Source: Promethearchaeia archaeon
GTDB taxonomy: Archaea; Asgardarchaeota; Lokiarchaeia; Sigyniarchaeales; SOKP01
Reading direction: 5' to 3'
DNA: 13,382 nucleotides
Assembly: GCA_029856125.1 (NCBI GenBank)
Contig: JAHQWJ010000149.1
Location: 1-13,382, forward strand
Part shown: positions 1-7,546 of the stretch, in pieces
How the letters are laid out: every line of letters begins with the position of its first letter
How positions within the stretch are numbered: position 1 is the stretch's first letter
The notes under the pieces: generated by a model
The model's database searches: none
What the model was told of the DNA's origin: nothing
The model's input: only the letters and a program-made list of their open reading frames with translations
Made by a program: the position numbers and the translations under genes

Positions 1-1155
1 GGTCTTGAAGCAGGCGTTCCAAACCCCACCAACATTACAGTACCCACATGCATGGCTCTTTGGGATAGTTCAAATCCATACGCATTTGTAAACGATAGTG
101 GGATTTTAATCTGGGTTGGTGCAATGCAAGGAAATGTAACCCTCCAAGGTGTTTTAATCGGAGAATTTTTACCCATCAATGGAGCTCAAATGTTCATGCT
201 ATTTAATTGGCTAGGATCTTTTATGGCTACTCTCGTTCCACTTTTGCTTTTTGACGAAACAGGGTATACCGTACCAGAACTAGCACAACTCGCATTCTAT
301 GAACAATGGGCTAATGGGACAATACAGGGGGCTGCGGTTTTACCTGATGGATTTTTAAGTGAACTTAGTGCTGCCTTTGCGGGTGTGCCATTTTTCGAAG
401 TTGGATTACCAAGTCCTAGTGGACTTTCACTTACTGAAACTATGAATTTATGGGATGAAGCAAATGCTTACACTTTTGTTAATATGGATGGTATTTTAGT
501 CTGGATTGGAGCAATTACAAACACAACTCTTCAAAGTGTATTAGTATCAACGTTCGGTATATCTGCAGGTGAATTAACAGCGCTTCTAACCTGGTTGGGT
601 GCTTTTCTCACAGTACGAGTTCCACAACTTATTGAGTATGAAACAGGATATACTATACCAGAACTTGCTCAACTTTCATTTTATGAACAATGGGCTAACG
701 GTACTATTCAGGGTCTAAGTATTTTACCTGATGGATTTTTAAGTGAACTTGATCCACCTCTATTAGGGCCTCCCTACTTCGAAGTGGGCTTAACAGAAGG
801 TTCAACAGGCTTAACAGCTTCACAATGTGAGGCACTCTGGGATGAAACAAGCGAATATTCACTCGTAAGTGCAAGTGGAATAAATAAGTGGTATATTGCT
901 GAATCCTTCAATACTACATATGATGATTTAATAACTAATAATGGTGGTCTTTCTACTGCACAAATGACCCAGATTCTTGATTGGTTACCACAATTTAGGG
1001 ATGAAATCGTAAATGCATTAGCAAAGGAGGAATTGGGCTTACCAATGGAACCATATGCTCTTGGAAATACACTCTTTATTGGTCTAGGTATTGGAGGAGG
1101 AGCATTAGCTGTTTTAGGCATAGTACTATTAATATTATATAGGAGAAAATTATAA
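1..1155 (+). CDS. Membrane-anchored cell-surface repeat protein, 5'-truncated by the window edge
   Basis: Frame is open from base 1 (GLEAGVPNPTNITVPTC-MALWD...). Repeats of ~128-130 aa (LWD Trp codons at 61, 451, 838; YEQWANGTIQG twice). Several N-x-S/T sequons. C-terminal hydrophobic helix (LFIGLGIGGGALAVLGIVLLILY) followed by a basic RRKL tail. Confidence 0.85.
   Translation, partial: GLEAGVPNPTNITVPTCMALWDSSNPYAFVNDSGILIWVGAMQGNVTLQGVLIGEFLPINGAQMFMLFNWLGSFMATLVPLLLFDETGYTVPELAQLAFYEQWANGTIQGAAVLPDGFLSELSAAFAGVPFFEVGLPSPSGLSLTETMNLWDEANAYTFVNMDGILVWIGAITNTTLQSVLVSTFGISAGELTALLTWLGAFLTVRVPQLIEYETGYTIPELAQLSFYEQWANGTIQGLSILPDGFLSELDPPLLGPPYFEVGLTEGSTGLTASQCEALWDETSEYSLVSASGINKWYIAESFNTTYDDLITNNGGLSTAQMTQILDWLPQFRDEIVNALAKEELGLPMEPYALGNTLFIGLGIGGGALAVLGIVLLILYRRKL
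256..750 (+). repeat. Intragenic tandem repeat, period 384 nt
   Basis: ETGYT(V/I)PELAQL(A/S)FYEQWANGTIQG..LPDGFLSEL occurs twice. A 29-nt exact match ttttacctgatggatttttaagtgaactt lies at 338-366 and 722-750. Confidence 0.9.
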
Positions 1156-1169
1156 TCCAAAACTAATTC

Positions 1170-1182
1170 TTTTTTTTTTTTT
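1170..1182 (+). terminator. Oligo-T (T13) archaeal-type terminator
   Basis: 13 consecutive T starting 15 nt after the stop of the repeat-protein gene. Confidence 0.6.
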
Positions 1183-1190
1183 CTAATATA

Positions 1191-1223
1191 TAAGCGTTCT
1201 AAAAGTTCCATTAGTTTCATTGC
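1191..1223. repeat. 33-nt near-exact copy of uvrA-internal segment 1413-1445
   Basis: taagcgttctaaaagttccattagtttcattgc vs taagtgttctaaaagttccattagtttcactgc: 31/33 identical, direct orientation, offset 222 nt. Confidence 0.9.
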
Positions 1224-1232
1224 TGACTTTTT

Positions 1233-3762
1233 TTATTTTAGGTACTTACCTGTAACCGATTTTACATTCGCTACTATTTCTTGAGGAGTCCCCAAAGCTA
1301 TGATCTCTCCTCCATTTGGACCCCCTTCTGGACCTAATTCGATAATGTAATCCGTGTAAGATAAAATTTCTGGATCGTGTTCTATAATTAGAACACTATT
1401 TCCATCTTGTACTAAGTGTTCTAAAAGTTCCATTAGTTTCACTGCATCGTAAAAGGATAAACCAACGGTGGGTTCGTCTAAAATGTATAAAGATTTTGTT
1501 TTTCTAGCTCTTCCAAGTTCTTTAGCAAGTTTTACTCGTTGAGCCTCTCCACCACTCAATGTAGGAGCAGGTTGTCCTAATGTTATATATCCCATTCCAA
1601 TATCTTCAAGGATCTTTAAAACATTCGATATATTTGCATCGGATGCAAATAACTTCGCCGCTTCTGAAACAGTCAAATTTAATACATCTGAGATTGAACT
1701 ACTTTTATATTTTACTTCCAATATTTCTGGTCTATATCTAAGCCCATGGCATTCCTTACATATGATGTTAAAGCTACTTAAAAACGATATTTTTAGATCT
1801 TGTTCACCGGTACCTTTACATGAGGGACAGCGTCCCTTATCAGAATTATAAGAATAGTGACCTGCTGAATATTTGCGTTTTTTCGATTCAGCCAGTTTTG
1901 CAAATTTATTTCTTATTTTATCCCAAATTCCTATATATGACGCTGGAGTAGATGTTTTAACTCTTGAAATTGGTTTTTGACTGACAACTATAACTTCATC
2001 TAGAAATTCCCAACCACTAACCATTCCAGAATATTCTAGAAGCTCTTCACCATTCTCCTCTTCACCGTTATCATTATTTTTATTTTTGGCTTTATCTGCA
2101 CCTCGCTTGAAAAAAGGTTGCAATAAGGGGACTAATGTATCTAATATTAGAGAACTTTTTCCGGATCCAGATACACCCGCAACTCCTACCATCATCCCTA
2201 AAGGGATTTTGACTTCAATATTCTTTAAATTATTAGTCTTTGCATTCTTAATAGTTAGAAAATTAGTTGACTTGTCTATAAATTTCTTTAAATTCTCTGG
2301 TTTATCAGGTAATGATAATTTTCCACTAAGAAATTGCCCTGTATAGGAATTACTAACATTTTTTAGCTCTTCTATTGTTCCTTGGAAGACTAATTCTCCG
2401 CCATTTTTTCCTGCACCTGGACCAATGTCAATAATCTCATCAGCTATTTCAATAAAGCGTTTATCATGTTCTACAACTATAATCGTATTCCCTAAATCTT
2501 TCAACTTCTTCAACAATTCTATTAATGAGTCCTTTTCTCGTTCATGCAAACTCATACTTGGCTCGTCTAGGATATATATTAGAGAATCAATACCTGCATC
2601 TAAATGTGTCATTAACGACAATCTTTGGAGTTCGCCACCACTTAGTGTGGGTAATGGTCGATTTAAATTAATATACGATAAACCTACATCTCTCATACTT
2701 CTTAGTCCTTTGATTACAAGCTTGCTCATATTCTTTCCTTGAATAGTTTTTATATTATTTTTTTTCAATTCTTTTAGAAAAGAGATCAATTGGTCGATAG
2801 GCATCTTTGCTAACTCACCAATATGTTTATCTCCAATTTTTACACTTCTAGCTTGTTCGTTTATTCTATATCCCTCACATTCATCACATTTTTTTAAAGA
2901 CATGAAATTTTTATGAATCTTATCTCGTCGATATACACTCTTTGATTCTGTAAGAGCACGCTTTATATGAGGGATAATTCCTTCAAATACTCTTTCTAAA
3001 ATCCCCGTAAAGGTTTTCGAGTCCCAATCAAAAGGAAGTATTTTCCCACTCCCATACAAAAATATTTGTTTAACATCTTCAGGTAAATCTTTATATGGTG
3101 TATTTATGTCAAAATCATAAAACTTTGGTAGTTGCTCTACAAATCTGATTTGATCTGCAAATACTGCCGAACCGGCTTTTGTAATTTGAATAAGATTCCT
3201 ATTATAGTCTTGAACGATTAATTCTTCAGTTAGATGCATTTGATATCCTCGTCCTTTACAAGCCAAACACAATCTAGCCTCTGAGCTATTTTCTCAAGAG
3301 GTTTCCAGATGGCTCGTTAAAGGAAAAGTGCTTAATTTGCTTACGTTCTACAACCATACCACACAAATCGCACTCCAAGGATGACTGATTTACGGGTTCT
3401 TTGCAGATAGGACAAAGAAGTACACCTTCTGCTGCATATAACATCCTGAGTAGATTATATAACCTCGTTTTTGTACCTACTGTAGAGCGAGGATTGAACA
3501 CTCTCGTAGTTCTCTGCTCAACAGCAACTGTTGGACTTAAACCTTCAAGTAAATCAAACGGTTTTTCATCTTCGAATTTTGGAGGAAATCCAATAGATTG
3601 TAAATATCGATTCATTCCTTCGTCAAAAATGATATCAAAAGCTAAACTTGATTTGCCCGAACCTGATACGCCCGTAATTAGAACCATTTTCTTTTTAGGA
3701 ATTTCCACATTTAAATCCTTTAAATTATGAAGTCTCGCTCCCACTACTTTTATCTTATCCAT
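1233..3762 (-). CDS. uvrA: Class II UvrA-like (UvrA2/DrrC-type) ABC ATPase, interrupted by a 31-nt intron; exon 1 3762-3303, exon 2 3271-1233, 832 aa after splicing
   Basis: N-terminal GARLHNLK and Walker A GVSGSGKSS; first LSGGE/ILDEP; second Walker A GVSGSGKSS and LSGGEAQR/ILDEP; three CxxC..CxxC zinc modules. The short CPIC-CDLC spacing indicates no UvrB-binding domain. Start ATG 3762 (MDKIKVVG) follows gaaggt. The ORF track splits the gene into 3286-3828 and 1233-3272. Confidence 0.88.
3272..3302 (-). other. Putative bulge-helix-bulge (BHB) mRNA intron, 31 nt
   Basis: mRNA reads CAU-CUGG-AA|A-CCUC-U-UGAG-AAAAUAG-CUCA-GAGG-CUAG-AU|U-GUG. It has a 4-bp central helix CUGG/CUAG, two 3-nt bulges, an 8-bp intron stem and an exon-exon stem CAU/GUG. 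Removal gives UCU GGA AUG UGU UUG GCU UGU (SGMCLAC). Confidence 0.85.
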
Positions 3763-3787
3763 ATTAATTACCTTCTGTAATTTAACA

Positions 3788-4447
3788 TCATTTCTTTTGT
3801 AATATATAGTATGCACAATCAATTTCATTTGGATTGGCTTTTATCCAGCTAATTTCAGCTTCAATAGCCTTGATATTTTCCAATAGATTGGGATCTTCTT
3901 TTCCTTCACGGATATCCTTGATTTTTCTTTCTAAGGGTTCATAATAATCTGTCCACCAGCAACCCTCAGGCCAGTTAAATTGCTTTATCAAATCAAAACC
4001 ACATTTGGCTAATAATTTATGATTCTTTTCCATCGCTTTGATAGCTTGACCAAGCACGAAATACCCTCTAGCCTTGAGAATACGACGGCATGCATTAAAA
4101 CTCTCCTTAAAACCAATAATCTGCACCACACCCGCCTCCCAAACTAGATCAAAATAGTTATCTGGAAAATCATTTTTTAAAAAATCCATTCTTTTAGTCT
4201 TGATTCTATTTGAAAGATTCCTTATCTTAATTTTTTCATTTAATTTATCTAAGAGTACTTGGTCAATGTCTATCGCAATGATATCACCATTGGTCAAATT
4301 AGCAAGCTCGATCGTAGGAAGACCAGATCCACAGCCTAAATCAAATATTCTCGGTTTTTCCATTTTCGGAAGCAATTGAAAAGCCTTACTCATATATTTA
4401 AGAAAATTAACCCTTAATTCTTCCGTGTATGGTTCTTTATATGACAT
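3788..4447 (-). CDS. Class I SAM-dependent methyltransferase
   Basis: Motif I IFDLGCGSG, acidic AIDID, post-II FDLVW, and a WWTDYYEPL C-terminal segment. Confidence 0.9.
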   Translation of the reverse strand: MSYKEPYTEELRVNFLKYMSKAFQLLPKMEKPRIFDLGCGSGLPTIELANLTNGDIIAIDIDQVLLDKLNEKIKIRNLSNRIKTKRMDFLKNDFPDNYFDLVWEAGVVQIIGFKESFNACRRILKARGYFVLGQAIKAMEKNHKLLAKCGFDLIKQFNWPEGCWWTDYYEPLERKIKDIREGKEDPNLLENIKAIEAEISWIKANPNEIDCAYYILQKK

Positions 4448-4456
4448 TTTACCACT

Positions 4457-4885
4457 TCATTTTTTATTTGGATTTATTTTTTTTCCACAATCATAACATT
4501 CGGCATCGTGGACGCAAATTTCTCCACCACAGTCCGGACATCGATATAACATTTCTTTTTCTTGTATCCATTGCTCAAATCCTACCTCTTGAAGTCTCTT
4601 TAGATTCTTAATCTGACTTACACCATATCTTTTAGAATACATCTCATCAAGCCTTTTCAAGTTTGAGCACGGAAAAGTGTTGCATTCGTAACAGAACTCA
4701 ATTTCGTTTTTTCTTATTAACGCACAATCTCTTTTTATATACGAACATTTTTTATTTCGAATCCGACACCCATTGCAACCACTTTTATATCCTTTTTCTT
4801 CAAAAAGATTTTTTTTAAATAACAAATATGATCTACAAGCACCACAATATACTCCGCATGGAGCTGCTAAATTTTTTTCACTCAT
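4457..4885 (-). CDS. DUF3795-like Cys-rich protein with a C-terminal zinc ribbon
   Basis: APCGVYCGAC...CNGCR...C...C...FCYECNTFPC pattern, plus CPDCGGEICVHDAECYDC. ggag lies upstream of the ATG. Confidence 0.8.
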   Translation of the reverse strand: MSEKNLAAPCGVYCGACRSYLLFKKNLFEEKGYKSGCNGCRIRNKKCSYIKRDCALIRKNEIEFCYECNTFPCSNLKRLDEMYSKRYGVSQIKNLKRLQEVGFEQWIQEKEMLYRCPDCGGEICVHDAECYDCGKKINPNKK

Positions 4886-4898
4886 CTTTTATTTCTCC

Positions 4899-6032
4899 TC
4901 AAATTTTTAGTTTATTTAATTTAGTAAACAAAATTTCTTCTTGGTTATGGATATCGTAAGCAATATTCTGTAGTTCTTTTAAATTAATATAACTTAAGCA
5001 CTCATCTTTGTGTTCTTCTGCAGATTCTTTTAAAGTGTCCGCGATCGTAGTCCAATTACTTGCAGACTTACTAATAATAGGAATACATTCTTCTATAATT
5101 TTGAAATCTTCGTTATTCCATGCTTTAGGGCCTTGTTTAATCTCTGGATGCTCTAGTAATTCCTCTAGGAAATCTCTATAAATATTACGAAAGCTTGCCC
5201 CTCCAGTACCCCAAGTTTCAATATATCCATGTAATAGTTCAAACATTAATCTTGCACGGGAAATTGATTTACCAACAGGATCCTTTGCTATCCCCTGCAA
5301 TTTTTTATTCCACTGAGGAATAGAAGCCGCAAATTGTTTTAATCCCTGAATACCGTTATTATTTACTGATGGTCGCAACATATTATCTACCACTTTTTTA
5401 ACAGCAATTTTTACTCCCGCTGCTAAAGGTGGATGTTTTCCGTCAAGTCTTCTTACCATGGAAAATTGGGCATTGCTCGGGTGCATAAATTTCGGACCGT
5501 GCTTAGAACTTCTTGCTTGTTTTAATATTTCTATCGGGACTTCTTGGAAGCCTTCAAATTCTGAATCACCTACAAATGCCATACCATTATCATCATTATA
5601 ACCTGCTAAAGTAATTGCATGCCCGCCGAAGTGGATTTCTCCCTCCTTTTCAAAATAAGGTAAATATCCCAAATCCACTTTAAGGATTAAAGGGATATTC
5701 TGGTTTAACATTTTTTTTGCCTCTTCCCACGCTTTGCTTGCACTGGTAAAAGATTGCTTCCTTAATGTAATTCCTAATAATCGGCAAGCTAACGAATTTG
5801 GCTCAATTGTACCCTGCTTACCTCCAAGGAAAAAGGGGATATCCGATTCCGGTATAAATGATATGCTATTAGTGGTATCGAAAAACCCAAAACCCATCGT
5901 AGCATCTAAACCAAATGCCATAGGCTCCGAAATTGGAAAACCATGAAATTCAAACATATCTCTCATTGAGGATGATTCACAATGATAACCAACTCTGTGA
6001 ACAAACTCATTTATTAGGTGTTTTTGAGCCAA
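4899..6032 (-). CDS. BtrH N-terminal / DUF4872-like protein (papain/NlpC-like fold, putative peptidase)
   Basis: GYHCESSS (candidate catalytic Cys), DLGYLPY, HFGGHAITLAGY (candidate catalytic His), and GTGGASFRNIYRDFL. TTG start after ggggag, overlapping the padR 3' end. Confidence 0.75.
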   Translation of the reverse strand: MAQKHLINEFVHRVGYHCESSSMRDMFEFHGFPISEPMAFGLDATMGFGFFDTTNSISFIPESDIPFFLGGKQGTIEPNSLACRLLGITLRKQSFTSASKAWEEAKKMLNQNIPLILKVDLGYLPYFEKEGEIHFGGHAITLAGYNDDNGMAFVGDSEFEGFQEVPIEILKQARSSKHGPKFMHPSNAQFSMVRRLDGKHPPLAAGVKIAVKKVVDNMLRPSVNNNGIQGLKQFAASIPQWNKKLQGIAKDPVGKSISRARLMFELLHGYIETWGTGGASFRNIYRDFLEELLEHPEIKQGPKAWNNEDFKIIEECIPIISKSASNWTTIADTLKESAEEHKDECLSYINLKELQNIAYDIHNQEEILFTKLNKLKI

Positions 6033-6570
6033 TTTCGTCTCCCCCGTTGATTTTTTCTATAACCCATTCCATAAATAAAATATCTGTTTCAAGGATTTTT
6101 ATAGGATGAATAAATAACCCTGAAACATTTATCGGATAGTTAGAATTAACCTTGAGCATACTTTCCAGTTCAATTTTATGATTTTTCATTGTCTCTATTG
6201 AATAAGAAAACGCTTCAATCATTTGCTCCGTGCTCAAGAGTGGAAGCATAGAAAAGGCAACGTAAAAATCCTCATCGTTTTTTCCAAGAAATCCCTTAAT
6301 TACGTTATAAACCTTCTCCTTTAGTATTTTTGAGCCATAATCTGTAATTGTATATACTTTTCGCTTCCGACGATCTACTTCTTCTTCATAATGTTCTACT
6401 AATTTTGTATCCTCAAGTTCTAAAATTACTCTATATATTGAAGATTTACCTATTGCTGTCCAATCTCTCATTCCCCTTTCATCTATCCGCCGATTGATAC
6501 TATATGCGTGGCTAGGCTCTTCTGCTACCAGTCCTAGAATAACAAATTGTTTATGACTTAAGTTTTCCAT
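6007..6570 (-). CDS. PadR-family transcriptional regulator
   Basis: ILGLVAEEPSHAYSI...SSIYRVILELE...RKVYTITDYG winged-HTH pattern with a helical C-terminal domain. gagg RBS upstream. Confidence 0.9.
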   Translation of the reverse strand: MENLSHKQFVILGLVAEEPSHAYSINRRIDERGMRDWTAIGKSSIYRVILELEDTKLVEHYEEEVDRRKRKVYTITDYGSKILKEKVYNVIKGFLGKNDEDFYVAFSMLPLLSTEQMIEAFSYSIETMKNHKIELESMLKVNSNYPINVSGLFIHPIKILETDILFMEWVIEKINGGDEIGSKTPNK

Positions 6571-6590
6571 AATTATCCTCGAAAAAAAGA

Positions 6591-6631
6591 ATATTCTTAA
6601 ATGAGAGTATATATTCTCATATGAGAATATA
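6591..6631. promoter_or_regulatory. Tandem palindromic operator, probably bound by the PadR regulator
   Basis: Perfect 22-bp palindrome tatattctcatatgagaatata (6610-6631) abuts a degenerate copy atattcttaaatgagagtat (6591-6610), between divergent genes. Confidence 0.7.
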
Positions 6632-6696
6632 ATATTCTTTCATATTTAATAATTATCCTCATTAATTTTTAATTCTAATAGACATTCATTAAAACC

Positions 6697-7434
6697 ATGT
6701 CAAATGAAACGCCACAAAATATCATTGATAAGTATGATAAACCACTTCCTCTTTGGACAATTGCGCTCATCCCAGTATACATTTCAGCCTTATTTATAAT
6801 CATTTTATTCCCCCTCGCTCAAGATTGGTTATGGAGTGAAGCTTGGCTATTCATTATATCATTTGTAATTAACATGACAATTAGTTTCTATTTCATAAAC
6901 AAGAAGAATCCGCGAGTTCTTCGGAACCGGATGAAGGTGAAAAAGGTCGGTATCACAGAGAAAACAAAAAGTTCCGCAGGATCAGATAAATTTATAATGC
7001 CGCTTCTTTCTATCGGATTTATTGGTGCATTATTATTACCCGTTTTCGATTACCGCAATCAATGGTCTCCAATTCCTTTCATGGTGGAGATAGTTGGACT
7101 CGTAATTTTGAATATAGGTCTAATAATCATGGACATCGCAATGGTACAAAATGCGTACGCCTCAAAAATACTTGATATAAACAAAGACCAAAAACTCATT
7201 GATACAGGGTTATATGGTCGTGTTCGCCATCCACTCTACTCCGGAGCAGTTTTACTGATCCTTGGATTACCTATAGCGTTAGGATCGTGGGTTTCATTAA
7301 TTCCCGCTGCAGTAGGAGTATTAGCCATAATAATCCGAATAAAATTCGAAGAGGAAATGCTCATTAAGGGAATGGACGGCTATATTGAATATCGAACTCG
7401 GGTAAAATACAAATTAATCCCGAAAATCTACTGA
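6697..7434 (+). CDS. Isoprenylcysteine carboxyl methyltransferase / PEMT-family integral membrane methyltransferase
   Basis: Multiple TM helices; QKLIDTGLYGRVRHPLYSG and RIKFEEEML...GYIEY...LIP motifs typical of ICMT/Ste14/PEMT. Confidence 0.88.
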   Translation: MSNETPQNIIDKYDKPLPLWTIALIPVYISALFIIILFPLAQDWLWSEAWLFIISFVINMTISFYFINKKNPRVLRNRMKVKKVGITEKTKSSAGSDKFIMPLLSIGFIGALLLPVFDYRNQWSPIPFMVEIVGLVILNIGLIIMDIAMVQNAYASKILDINKDQKLIDTGLYGRVRHPLYSGAVLLILGLPIALGSWVSLIPAAVGVLAIIIRIKFEEEMLIKGMDGYIEYRTRVKYKLIPKIY

Positions 7435-7546
7435 TTTAAAGCTATACACTTTTCAATTTAAATATAAAATGTTAATATCGATTTTTTGCTAAGTTTTTTT
7501 ACAAAATTGAGTAAGATATTTCTTAATTAAATCATAAAGTTACATT

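Noticed and set aside
774-1220. 148-aa minus-strand ORF
   Set aside because: Antisense shadow of the repeat protein; its MKLMELLE start comes from the duplicated uvrA fragment.
3286-3293. +1 ribosomal frameshift at AAA-UAG as the way to join the two ORFs
   Set aside because: Formally possible in a window of a few nt (the downstream frame has UGA at 3296-3294). It would insert about 10 residues into the tightly spaced FSFNxPxGxCxxC motif and does not explain the BHB geometry. It is not excluded without RNA data.
1233-3828. uvrA as a pseudogene or two separate genes
   Set aside because: Both halves keep all catalytic and zinc motifs with no other lesions, and the single interruption is precisely removable by BHB rules.
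3763-3828. ORF-track start at 3828 for the uvrA N-terminal part
   Set aside because: It overlaps the methyltransferase gene. ATG 3762 matches the usual UvrA N-terminus and has an RBS-like gaaggt.
2086-5946. Plus-strand ORFs 2086-2346, 2425-2742, 3401-3730, 4429-4611 and 5734-5946
   Set aside because: Antisense shadows of well-supported minus-strand genes, with no motifs.
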